Source: Phoronis australis (Eukaryota > Animalia > Phoronida). From it: a stretch of DNA of 64,000 bases. The notes below the pieces were generated by a model. The model searched no databases, was not told the DNA's origin, and was given only the letters and a program-made list of their open reading frames with translations. Location: assembly GCA_002633005.1 (NCBI GenBank), contig NMRA01000196.1, forward strand, positions 145,632 to 209,631, in the 5' to 3' direction. Below are positions 24,496 through 37,112 of the stretch, one piece after another. Each line of letters opens with the position of its first letter. Positions within the stretch are counted from its first letter, which is position 1. The position numbers and the translations under genes were made by a program.

Positions 24496-26464
24496 CTAAA
24501 AGAAAAGAGACCGCTTTATCAGATTGGGAGAAGAAATGCAAATTACTGGCCCTGAATAAGAACCAGTTAGTTTCAAACAATGGTCGCTGAATCAAAAACA
24601 AACAGTTTGTACATTTACATGTGTCAGTGAGGAGCCTGTGGAGTGAAATTATCGGTTTGACGTCCTAAAACACATTTTGGCCGGTGATTTTTTATGGGAT
24701 AGACTGTTTGAAGTTATTTGCAATGACCAGAGTTAAATGTATATACATAAAACACGCTAGACGCGAGAGAGAAACGTAGCAAGCTGTGTTTTAAAGTCAA
24801 TGAATTTCATTACATTCCATTAATTACATGTATTTACAACTACCGTAAAGCATATGTCTGCGTCATAAAAAAGCCTGTGACAAGCCTATCCACAAGTGAG
24901 TAAACATTTGCAACATGATCGACATTTTCTCCAAAAGGATCTTCCAATTCATTAAACATTCGGCGATAGAAGGCGTAAGATCCGTATTGAATGTCAGTGC
25001 TACGTTCTGATTAAGCTTTACCGTATGAAGGGACCTAGACAAATATCCAAATTAAATGGCTGACTTCGGAAAATCGTAGCACGAAACAGCTTCAAAATAT
25101 TGTAAGGAATAGTGTTTGAAATAAGGGGCTATCCAAATATGACTTTTATCAATTTAAAAAAAATCAAAAGTTGCATAAAACTAAGTGATTCTTATGTCAA
25201 AAGAAATTTAGGTTCTTTGTCCTCCTATGAATGTACCTTTTCGCTAAACTGCACTAAAGTGCATGGTCACGTGACCAGATTAATGGCAAATGGTACAAAG
25301 TCAAGCATCAAATTCTGCAAGATTTCAAGTTTTAATACACTTTTACTCATTTAAGTTTATAGTTTTGAAGATTTTGTTCTAATACACAGATACATGTCCA
25401 CTATAATCTTAAACGACTATTTTACATAAGCGCTTAGTAATAAGTGTTCAATTAATGTCGTGTGGCTCCTCGCATCGGTTTATCCAACTGTCTTCAAAAG
25501 TCACACATCTCAGCAATCAGTCCTGTCGAACAACTTCAAGTATATTGTGTCATTACCTATTTCTCTAATGAACTGCATTAGGTGGCGATTAAAGTACCCA
25601 GGTCCACACTAAAAGTCGTCTTGCAACCCATCGCATTGCAATTATTGAAATACGTTGTTAAGTAGGAGACGGGGCTCCTTGGTACTCCTATGTCGCCTGC
25701 TAAATATTGCTCTCATCAAAATACTTATCGGTAAAGTAAGTTCAATATCCGAAGTCTAACATCCCTTTCTTGTGACTAGATGCACGACTTGGCCCTGTAC
25801 CCACATTTTGTTGTTGGCGCTTTACATCTGCTATCCGGAATTTCACGACCAGTAAAATAGTCTCACTGGTTCAAAGGCTTAGACAGCGATTTTGGGTATA
25901 TCTGACTCAAGTGACTGAGAGAAAGTTGAGTCCAGGTGCCAAAAAACAGTCCTGTTTCACCAATCTTACTGTACAAACTTTAGGCCATGGTAACAGAATA
26001 ATAAAGCATATATACTGTATGTGAATGGGAAACTTTCAACGAGGCGAATGATCACGTGGTACCGAATACTAGTGTCCTCTATAGGACGAGGAGGCGTTGA
26101 ACGTATCACGTCTAATCACATGCGCTACAAAAGGGTCTTTTCACCAAGTCGACATGTTCCCCTGTGCCACTACTAGAAAGTGGTACCTCCTGGTACAGCC
26201 CAAGTTGGTAATAAGCTTTCATTGCTTCCCGAAAGTCTTCCGACGGGGACTCCCAAAGTGTCGGCTCTTACCGCCATACACGATAACGATCTACTCTTGG
26301 TCCATCCACATCCAAAATACATGTACTGACAACAAGAACTACTTTTTCGACTTTACTAGGACAGGCGTTTTACTTCCCCAGTACAATTGAAAACAGTTTT
26401 TTCAGAAGTTCGTCTTAAGAGCGAGTGATGTGATGTTAAGCTTTCTACATGTACATGTACTTAC

Positions 26465-26560
26465 TTGTTGACTCCTTAGTTGGTTAAACGTTGACCTCCA
26501 GTTATAAGAAAGAGGACAGCGATGTTGAACACTTCGAAGAGACATGGGCGTCCGGCACTC
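26465..26560 (-). CDS. Cytokine candidate, coding exon 3
   Basis: TATTTTACAG|GAG...CAA|GTAAGT; 96 nt, phase 0/0; ECRTPMSLRSVQHRCPLSYNWRSTFNQLRSQQ. Confidence 0.8.
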
Positions 26561-28968
26561 CTGTAAAATAATTAAAAATTGTGAACTTGTGAAGGGTTCC
26601 TGTCGGTCACATACATGGATATGGTATGGCCATGTTAAGCTTCAAACACCGCTCCAGTGAGTTTCTCCGGCAAACAGGCCATGCTGGCCGACCGCGGTCA
26701 GACGTACATGTATATCGGGAGTGCAGACCGCGAATCGCATCAAAAATCACTAATCAATGCAAATTCGGCAAAATTAAAATTGTAGGAGGGCAGATCATGC
26801 AGTGATGATGTTCCGTAGCCGGTGGGCCTCAGTTGGCAGCGGCTAACGGCAGCAGTCATTGCACCACGTGCGCTCGGTGACTGACTGATGCACCAAGCGT
26901 CGGAATAGGACGGGATTTACATCTCTTAAGTGTGATCGTTATTCCCAATCCAGCAATAGGCATATAAAACCAATAACAAGTCAGCAAATTGTATCAGCCG
27001 ATTGCTAGCCAATGACCAAAGACTTCCCTTGATGAACTGGCGATGTACATTGGACCACGTAAAAAATCGACTGGGTGATGGAAATGTTTAACTTGGTAAG
27101 GATTAGGTTTTCCCGACTGATAAAATGTACAAAAAATACCGGTACATGTAGTAAATAGGGTTTTCACGGCGTCAACTACGTGCCACAATGCTCAGTTTTA
27201 TTGATTCACAGCAATCTTCGTCTGTGGACCATTGAACTTTTACATGTTGAGTCGTATTTTAAAAATTGCGGCACGTGGTTATGTACGGTATAAAAACACG
27301 GTGTACTCTGATGTTTGGAAACAAAACGTATTGGCTTTTACAATGGGTGTTATGCACGAAGCATCATGCATTATGAATTGCGCATTTTTTGAAAAAACAT
27401 GGCTCACTTCGGGTCAATGGGCGTGTTAAACCTGTTTGTGTCATGCTATATTTTGTTTTGAATAATAAGTATTGCATTCAGAGCTTTCAAAACATTATAA
27501 TAATGCAGAGCAAACAAAACTGATGTCAGAGATCAAAACAACTGTGTTAGCGATATTTAGTGAACATACATTTACAGATCCCAAATGTGCATTTATGTGT
27601 TAGATTATACTGAAAGGATTTANAGTGACCCGCCGATGACAATGCTGTAAAACGCGGTTTTGGACGCCTGCCGTCATCGGACGAAAAATAAATTAAAACG
27701 AATGGCATCTTCCAACAATACAGCGTATGATACCCGGCAACAGACATGTATGTTAAGGTACACAAATTGATCGATCAAGTGAAAAATACAACCACGACCA
27801 ATGTATTAGCCCATTATTCAAAGTTGGCCTGACTCTAACTAAATTAATGGAGCGAGGAGAAGTTTTAAACCGCAATACACAAATTTCACTGCTTCCGTGT
27901 GTTGTCAGCTATTTGTTCGGATGAAAAGATTTCCAAGGACTGGCAATTTTTACCAATCGGTATTACGGTAGCTGCCTTAAATGAAACACACCGCCACTTG
28001 ATAGACCCGACATGCCATTTAAGAAAATAACTTCCCCAACCAGGACACGGAGCATGTTCGTCTAAGCACATAGTTACATGTAATTTGCCATCTTTGTCAC
28101 ACAAACATTGATTGCAAGAAAAGCGTTTAATGCAACTTAAAATATTGTCTAAAACCACCGATATACGTAGAACAAGCTGGAAAAAAGTGCATGTCTGCCT
28201 GTCGAAGCATACATGTACAAATGAATATATGCTTAGATAAATGTCAGAGTACGAGTATCGATAGAAAAGCAGTGGAAAAATGAAGAAAGCACAGTCATCA
28301 ACTTTTCGCAAATATTTCTATTTCTTTTTTGTTGATAATCTAATCAAAACGGAACAGAGCGTGTGTCAAGTTAATAGCGCCCTCGTTTGTGTGTTGTAGT
28401 GCGCTGTACAAGAGTTACAGTGTAGTTAGTTCTACGTGTTTACATAAAGATACAGTTTACATATCAAATGAACGCAAAACTGTGTTCTCATGTTAGTTTA
28501 ATTTGCAAGTTGACAAGCTGTGTCACTTAGTACATGAGCGTTCTGTGTGTCGTTTCATCAACATTTTTGCGTCATGTTGCGTTATGCTACAAATTAATCT
28601 GCTTGCGATGTGCAGCATTCGCGTGCAGAGAACACTGGGTCATAAGAAGATAATCATAATTTTGTTTTTATTTCTGTTGTCATTATATTAGTAACGACTT
28701 AATTACTGGCGTTCATACTGTTGCGTGTAATGAAATACTTGGGCCCTGACACTAGCGCGTCAGCATTTGTATTGTACGTTGTAGGTTTTTCGTTATTGTA
28801 ACAGTCAAGCACAACCGTGAGCGCCACACGCCGCTACAGTGTGGCTTACAGAAACGTGCCCTCGCTTTCAACCATGGTTCTACTTAATTAAGCCTCAGAC
28901 TAGTCACCATCACTGGACAAATGCAGTCAAATACATAAGAGTTAGCTTACTGAAGCACCCGCACTTAC

Positions 28969-29207
28969 TACGATTCTTTTGATGTCTCTCAACTCCACGA
29001 TGAGATTGTCCACGTTCTGAATAAAAAGCGCTTTCTTTCGCCGAGTGCAAAAATCTGAAACGGAAGGTCCTTGCGCTGAAGCAACTCTTGACACGCTCGC
29101 TGGGATTCCCCTCGCGTAACATGGATTGTTCCAGTTAATGTTCGCTCGTTCATTTGAGTCCACTGTGCTCCAAATGCAAGAACCGGCTGCTGCCAGCAGT
29201 AATAGTC
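28969..29207 (-). CDS. Cytokine candidate, coding exon 2
   Basis: Acceptor ACTTTTATAG|GA (phase 1), donor GTA|GTAAGT (phase 0; in-frame alternative donor at 28950). LLLLAAAGSCIWSTVDS..NINWNNPCYARG...KALFIQNVDNLIVELRDIKRIV. Confidence 0.85.
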
Positions 29208-29290
29208 CTATAAAAGTTAACAAAGTTCTCGTTATTTGCGAGTATCAGTGTGAACTCTGGAGCCCAACTTGAATCAAAAAATAGGCTTAC

Positions 29291-29300
29291 GCAAGCACAT
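29291..29300 (-). CDS. Cytokine candidate, coding exon 1 (ATG TGC TTG C)
   Basis: ATGTGCTTGC|GTAAGC. An 83-nt phase-1 intron restores the frame to give signal peptide MCLRLLLLAAAGSCIWS. Exon 2 has no in-frame ATG of its own (upstream TGA). Confidence 0.75.
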
Positions 29301-31657
29301 TCAATCCTTTGCCATTTGGTTAGATGGATTCTAACAGAGCTGTGTTCAATCTTGTATGCACATAGTAGTGTTTTCTGATGATCGGAAGAATTAAGCACTG
29401 CTTTCAAAATTAACATTGCTTTCCCTCCCCCGACCAACAATACAATTTCAATTGCAATCTAACAACATATTCTTGGTATAAAGCAAAATGTTTTTGCAAC
29501 AAAAATGACAACGAAAGGTATCCAGTGTAAAGGCTTTGCATGCCGACTTATCCTCAAGGACACGGGGGGGTAGGGCGAGGAGATCAGTTTAAAGGTGGGT
29601 TAAATGCATCTGATCATTTTTTCTAAAAATTAACATGAATATTTGGCATTTACACTCCTGAGACGACAGCAACCAATCAATTTTCTTTTTAAGCAAATGA
29701 GTTGTGTTATGTGATTCATTCACCATCTCGACAGCTAAAGTGTGTTCATTTACCAAAAAGGCTACACATCACACTTCAATTGCACTGTACCTTTCAGACC
29801 CATAGTTCCAGACTGCCGATAAGAATTTTGTTAGGTTCAAACAATTCGTTGATAGATGATTAGCAATAAGATGAATAATTTTAACTCACCAATTTATAAC
29901 ACGTCGAATTTCCTGGTTTCTCTGGAAAAAGCACATATCCTTAATGAGTCTTGGAATAGTCAAAAACACAAATTTTGATTAATCTAACTTGCCATTGGCC
30001 AAAGTCTGAAGCCAGCAACGTGAACAAAAACAAAAGCGTCGGTGATGTGATTAGCAAAATATCAACCGAAACACCTTTTGAATTACCTTAACAACTTTGA
30101 AGCAGCTTTATACAGAAGTCCTTTCCTCTTCCCCGCCTACGTTTGGCGACTCAGAGGTACAATGTACATGTAGGCGTGCATGGAAATCCAAGGGCCAAAT
30201 TGAGTGGTCGTCCATGGGAGAGTTTAGCACCTTGCTGTTTACTTTCAAAGCTACATGTACATGTACTGTTACCCGAAGCAGCTAACTTATCGATGCGACA
30301 AGACAACTGTACAAGCATCGCGTTTCTACAGGTATTTTCTGGTCATCCCAACAATTATTTTCATCAGGAAACTACCTTTCCTCGCCAATTTCCCATTAAT
30401 GTTATTGTTTTAGACCGTACATGGCTACTTATGTCGTCATAAAGGTCCACTAGTGCTTTGACAATTCACTACTATCAACAATGAAAGTGAGTCTACTTTC
30501 GTCGTCATGTTGTTTTGGGAATGAGACAGTGCACACCGTGCACAATGCCCTTGGCTTATTTCATAAACAATTCTCACGCAGACGTATTTATTCAGTGGAT
30601 ACTTGCAACATGGCATGAATGACTGATAACCATCCATCGCTTTCAATTACTGATGTTTTGGTGTAGTACAGGTGTATAGAGAGTAATTGATAAAAGTTCT
30701 TACATTATTGGTCCATGCGGTATTTGGATTATCTGCGTCACGAGCCCAGACCCAAATAAGAAAAGTAATCTTTAAAATTCCCGCTATATGCTCTAAGAAT
30801 GTTTGTTTTAAATAATTGCAATCGGCCAATCGCAACTATATATTGTGTAGATTTTCAGGAGCTACCAGCAAATATCCATTTTATTCAAACCAACGCGGCA
30901 GTTTTGGTTGACTTGAAAAATCCCGAGATTAAATAAGGGATTATGTGGATTTACTGCATGGAACAATCACAAGTTGTGATACGAAAACTGTTTTAAGCCA
31001 CGGACAAAGCATGGCATCCACACTAAATTTAACACGATGAAGTATGGCGATCTTTTTCCTCAGATGTAGGAAACGGGACGGGGGGAGTTTGTCAATCGAT
31101 AAACATCGCTATCATTGGAACATTTCGTAAATTACAGTCTTGCAGGTATTATTTTTTAGTGGCGATTCCCAAAAATGAAGCTTCAAGCTGTTCGAGCAGT
31201 AGCGGTCATTTCGCTGGTGCATCCCCCGGCCAGAAAGATATCTAAAAAAAACACTGAATTCAGTTTGTTTTGAATTCATTTTGAATGAAATCGGTAAGAG
31301 CACGATTTGGGTACAGGCTTTGACTAGATGGTTTTTTGGGTTAATTCGTTTGGTTTTTAATTTGGAAGAAGCGACTGGGGAATCGTTAAAAAGGAAGAGA
31401 ACAAAAATCAAATAATACCAAGAGATGGAGAGAAAGACACTGAGCAGGGGGGAAATCCATTTGTGGTAACTCGAATTACATGCCCTTCATTCACTATCTA
31501 GGCATAGATGTTTGTTCTTTCCAGGTTTTATTATACTCAGAATTACATGCACAGATGGAACAGTTTTTCTCAATCGTTGCGTCTGGAGTCGCGATTGATG
31601 CCGTTGGATGATTCGAACGTTTGTACAGCTGTACTGTCATATAACTCAATGTCAACT

Positions 31658-31799
31658 CATGGGCAGCGCACCATAGGGGCTGCTAGGGGACTATAGCCCT
31701 CCACTTTTTCAGTGATGCACCGCCATGTGACTGTGTGCTCTACAGGAGGGTTGGGGAGGGGGGCTATAGCCCTCCTACTTTTGTTTTGCGCCGCTCATG
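31658..31799. mobile_element. MITE with CATG termini and perfect 5-bp TSD
   Basis: CAACT|CATGGGCAGCGCA...TGCGCCGCTCATG|CAACT. Confidence 0.8.
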
Positions 31800-32074
31800 C
31801 AACTTTCATGGTAAGGGAACCACTGAAAAATCATTATTATTTCATGCCACCCTTGGCGACCAGACGAGAAATTAAAAACCAACGCGTTGAATCTTTCGAC
31901 GTCCAAGTCTAACCAATTAGTCAATGATTTATAAAATAATAAGTTTCACTGGGATCTTCCTAAAGTAAAGAGTTAACAAGGTTTAAAATATACCATCAAA
32001 TTAATGACTTTGTTCTTTCACGAAATATCATAGACAGAATCGACACACTGTTTACACGAGTTTATCAAGTTCAT

Positions 32075-32322
32075 GGGCCCGTTCCAAGAAACTGACTTAA
32101 GTTCATTATTGACTTAAGTCTAAGATTTGTCTTAACTTCCAAACTTTGAAACTTCCATATCTGGTAAATTCATCAAAATTAAGCCAAAACGTACGTCAAA
32201 CATTTAAATCAAGCTTAACATCTCTTTCTTGAAATAATTTTGAGACAAATTGAACTTTTATTTTAAAAGTTAGTAAAATTTAGGAATTGTCTTAGCTAAG
32301 TCAGTTTTGTTGGAACGGGCCC
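32075..32322. mobile_element. PIF/Harbinger-like MITE
   Basis: TIR GGGCCCGTTCCAA.AAACTGACTTA at both ends; 3-bp TSD CAT. Confidence 0.75.
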
Positions 32323-34189
32323 CATGCCTACAGTACACATTGTGAAGTTTCAAATTGTTAAACCTGTTGCTTAGGGTCTCTTTTCTTGTTTCTGAGATTT
32401 ATAAATTCAAAAAGTGTATTTATTATTGCAATCAGTTTCAGAGTTACTGGTTGGCATTGGGTTACTGTGAATTGAACCTTTGGTTCGGGAGAATTTTTGT
32501 GCTTCATAGCGTGAATACTATTAATAACAACAATTCGAAGAAAAACAATGTTCATGTACATGTAATTATCTGGGACAATATTTTGCTGAAGATGCGGTGG
32601 TTCGAGCTAAGTTGGGTATGTTAGAAAAATAGAATGTGGTTGAGATGTTTGTTGTAAGGTAAAGTAATAATGTACAAAACTAAAGTGTAATAGGTACATG
32701 TATATCAAACTATTTTTTGAACACAACAAAGATGGGCGACAAAAAGCGCCAAATGCCAAAAGCACCGCCCATCCGAAGAAACACCGCACCGTGGTTACAG
32801 AAAAGGATAACGAGGTGACTGATAATTCCTGGGATGAAAAAATATGTACAGATACAATTAACTAAGAAAGAAACACCTATACAATAAGCAATAAAGCACC
32901 TGAACTAAGACAAGGTATACAGAATAAAGCAAGTTTACAAGCGAACTTGGGCTACATAGATAATATTTGGAGTTAGCAATCTTGACCCCCACAGGCTTAT
33001 ACATGTATACATGTAGCTAACGTAATGACATAATATCAAAGTATGATAATATTATACACTTTATGCAAGGGGGTTCAACAGACAATGAACTATTACTTAA
33101 ACGACAGCTATGAATAAAGAGATCACAGTGACGATATACACAGAGACAAAAGACAGTAGAATGATGGACGGAGAAAAAATATTTCCTGATAAACAAATTT
33201 CAATGGAATTTAATTTTCTGTGATGCATCTGAATTATTGGTTATCATCAGTGCTACAAAACACTCCATAAAGTAGTTTACATTTTTACTCGTAATATCAA
33301 TGACACGAATGACGAAAATATGCAAATTTTTCATGAAAAAATTGCTATTTTTATTGGTTAAATAACATGAGTTCATGATATTTTTAAAAAAAGTACATGT
33401 ACATGAACGATCATTCAGAATTGTTTTGAAAACAAATAAAAAAGTATCGTTTGTTTCAGAACATTTTGTCAACAACACAATCAAACTTGTGGGTAAATTA
33501 TGAAATCCATATATCAAATTAATTACCTCAAGTGATTTTTCATTCCAACATACTATGCGTATTAAATTAGTTTCCGTTCAAGACTGATGACATTGGGCTC
33601 TCACAGTAGACTTTGGCTATATGCATAACATGAAACCTTTCAGCACAAGTACCCATTATACCCTCATGCCTTTTGTTGACTACTGTATTTCTGAATTACG
33701 TTACGTACATCTTTAACCACACCGAGTTTCAGGGCCGTAGGAAGCGGGGGGGTGGCAGGGAGCACGGTTCAACCATGTCAACCGACATGCGGGNGCCGGG
33801 GGGGCAGGGGGCACGGTTCAACCATGTCAACCGACATGCGGGTGGGGCGGGGACAGTTGAGAAAAGAAAGACTGCTAAATGCGGATAAGAGAGAAAACTC
33901 AAGAGAACATTTAACAACTCTGTATCAGCGCATGGTTTACCTTTTGAGGACCCTGGCCAGGACATTGTTGTTGAGGTCTCCGCTTTTGAAGCACGGATCG
34001 TCTAAATACACTTGGAAACGTGCACGTAACGATTCATGCACGTATTTCGAAAAATCGACAAAATTTGTAAAGAGAAGCTTTTAAGGAGCGTATTAATTTA
34101 CTGTATTTTTAAATTCAGTAAGTCAATTTTGCGACTGCAAGACCATAAGATAATATCAGTCGCTTTTATTACGAAAACAATTAGTAAAA

Positions 34190-34620
34190 GAACTCGAAAC
34201 TTCTCTCATTAATGAGCTAGCCCTTATCCATGACTGGGTGATTCAAAATAATCTCACTCTTACCATTAATAAAACCAAGTCGATGCGGTTGGGAATCCAC
34301 CAAAATTAAAACAACAAAAACTGTCCCTTTGTATCAACGGTTCTCCCATCGAGAATGTTGAAAAGTTCAAGTATTTGGGCCTTATTTTAGATCCTAATCT
34401 AAATTTAATATGTATATAGATCACATTACAAATAAATTATCAAAGATAATCGGTGCACCTAAACGTCTAGGCAAATTTCTTAATGTCAGTACTCTTAAGA
34501 CAGTTCACCATTCTATTAATATTGATTATTATTTACGGGTTTTGTTGCATACCAGTGACAAACTTGTCAGCAAAGTCCCAGTATTGTAATCCAAAATAGA
34601 GCCGCCATGGCTATCCTGGG
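34190..34620 (+). pseudogene. L2/CR1-clade LINE reverse-transcriptase C-terminal fragment
   Basis: ELETSLINELALIHDWVIQNNLTLTINKTKSM...INGSPIENVEKFKYLGLILDPNL...IDHITNKLSKIIG, with frameshifts. Confidence 0.85.
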
Positions 34621-36619
34621 TACTACGTGTACAATAGCGAATGTGCAAATCTCAATGCGCATGCCCCACACCAGTTCCTCTCTATTTCATTCTGGGATAG
34701 TTTGAATGCCTAGCTGCAGCGTGAGAGTTTCTATAGAGAAGAGATTAATATTATATTTAGCTGTTGTCTTCAATTATTAAGACTAGAAAAAATATGTTAC
34801 ACATTTTCAGTATCTTGGTTATGATTTATATGTTTGTGCATCTACGAAAATCGACTGATTGAAGATTTTTTAACAACTAGAAGCTAATCTTTTAAAACGT
34901 GACGATGCTTCACTGAAATAAATTGCAGGATGACATTGGGAAAACTCAAACTATCATCAGATCCCCAAATAGCATAGTACACTAAACGTTTTTTGTGTAT
35001 CTGAAATATGTCTCAAGGATATTGATCGGACATCTCTAGAAAGTGTCCTAAAATGTTCGCACAATTCAAATGACAGTAAATTGTTCATTGAACTAGATTA
35101 GTGGTTTAAATTCAGGAACAGTATATCGAAAAACAAGTTTAAGTCCTTAGATAAATAAAATTAAGCTCATTGCTCATTAACTTGGAAAGTCTTCGCACTT
35201 CCTTGATGTTTTTAGAGTCCAATGGTATTGCTTAATGAATTTTTGTTCTTCAAAACTGAATCCTTTGCTTACCATTCCCGTGCATACTGATCAGACGGAG
35301 CAGGTTATGACTGAAGCACCTACGTTAAAATGGTGTAACTATGCAGTACGTCCGCGCAGAATCTCAGTGATCCACGGGAACTGAATTAGGTGTTGAAATG
35401 TGTATATTTTTCCAACAACCAGAAACTGGACTACCGACCGTGTTTTAATAAGAGATTTTAAAACAGACCCAAAGGCACTCTACCGTATGCAGGGACTTCG
35501 GGACCTCACCTTTTCAAAAAATTCCTTCATAAATGACCACAATTAATAAAATTAGCTTTTCCTGAAACTGGATCATAATAAAACGAATCTTGACCGTAGA
35601 GCTAGCGCAAATGGATATTTACGAGCTAATCTGTCTCTCTCAAGTGAATCATAGCTAAGCTGACCAGCGACTAGGTTTAGTTCATCGAATTTCATATTTT
35701 CACAGTGTTATATGTCAGGTGCAAGGATATCCGTCAGTGCACTGGCCCTAGGCCCTATCTTACTCTCAGTGAATTTATGTTGGTTCGCGGTTGCTCCTTT
35801 CCTGATTGCTGTATGTTGAGGATTGCCCCTAAACCCCCTACTAGGACGGACGTGGGGGGTTCGGTATAAATATGGCCGCCTCCGCAGAACGGGGGTTGGG
35901 GGAGGGGGGCGGAGATGGTGGCGATAGGAAGGAGGTAGTCGAATTGGTTTGTGCCCCCCAATAATTTTTGCCTTCCAACGGGCCTGTATGCATGTCACGC
36001 ATACATGAATCGCAATGATGATTGTCTGTCGTTGGCACCCTGCACTTCTGTACAAGCTTCCCGTTTGCATTCCACCATGTAATTTCATCATTCGTAGCCC
36101 TCCAATTCCAAGCTGTGACCCGTCTTCAGGCCTCAAAGAAGCATGGAACGAGAAAGATTGTCAAAAATATCAGTCTTGTAAACTATTTCTGACGAAAGTA
36201 CCTTGTCGCAACGTCTAGGACAGTGTAATTCACTTTCCGCTCTGATGGAATTGCCACAAAAATCACAAAATTTACGATTTTAGAAATTTGTGCTAAGGAA
36301 AAATTCTGTAATTATCCCAGAGTTTCTAATCTCCTTCCCTGTTATGATAAATGCTGCCATACGCTCACAGTCATTCGTAAAATAGTTGACTGATGAGTTG
36401 GATATTGATAGTAGATTATCATATGTCACTGCCCTCCGAATCTGAAGTCAACATCACAGTATGAGGCAAGTCAATGAAGCAAGCGATTCCAAAAAGAATT
36501 CCAAGTGCATTTTAGGATATATTTGGATACTACGATACATGTACCTTTATATCTAATTTTAAACAATCAGGGCTTACACCATTTGAATCTTAACCGGAAT
36601 GGCTGTTGCTTGAAATCGC

Positions 36620-36910
36620 CACTGTTTCGTTTATTTCAAAGGTTGAAGGCCACACTCTTCATACATGTATAAGGGAAATGTGCTACGTGTATGCGATACT
36701 CAAGAAGGAGGCGTGCTTTACCTTGTGGGAGAAAGTCGACGGAGTGGTAAGCAGTTAACATATCGTTTTTCGAAATTTGAAACTAAAAGAAAAATGCTTT
36801 GGTATCAACAGAAATTCAAAATCTTTACGAGCAAACCTGGTTAGCAGGTTGAATCCTATTTCAGTAGTTGAGAACCACTTTGAATGGTGCAATTTAATCT
36901 GTTTTTCACG
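36620..36910. repeat. Old interspersed repeat; inverted homologue at ~49200-49630
   Basis: For example GGTTAGCAGGTTGAATCCTATTTCAGT vs ACTGAAACAGAATTCAACCTGCTAAC, and TTTGAAACTAAAAGAAA vs TTTCTTTTAGTTTCAAA. Confidence 0.7.
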
Positions 36911-37112
36911 TACATGTACATGTACTAGGCCTCTTTAAGCAGTGTGTTAGTAAGCTTAAAGAGGAATTCAGGTCTCGATTAGCTCACGCGATATCTGTGA
37001 CTGAGCATGCGTACATATAGTACTCTGTTACTCGAACGGAACATGTAAAGCTACGCACTTAGATATCTGAAGACAGTAATTAGTTTTATTTTCTTCATGT
37101 TGAGTCTGAGCA

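Noticed and set aside
28942-29223. ORF-track start at TTG 29223 (MLTFIG...)
   Set aside because: A non-ATG start inside the intron; the acceptor at 29208 and ATG micro-exon at 29300 explain the frame better.
29890-29936. ATG 29936 exon as the cytokine's coding exon 1
   Set aside because: 47 nt gives phase 2, which shifts exon 2 out of frame into a stop codon.
33730-35986. Single transposon bounded by CAGG.CCGT.GGAAG inverted ends
   Set aside because: No TSD and the interior is heterogeneous; more likely two separate MITE fragments.
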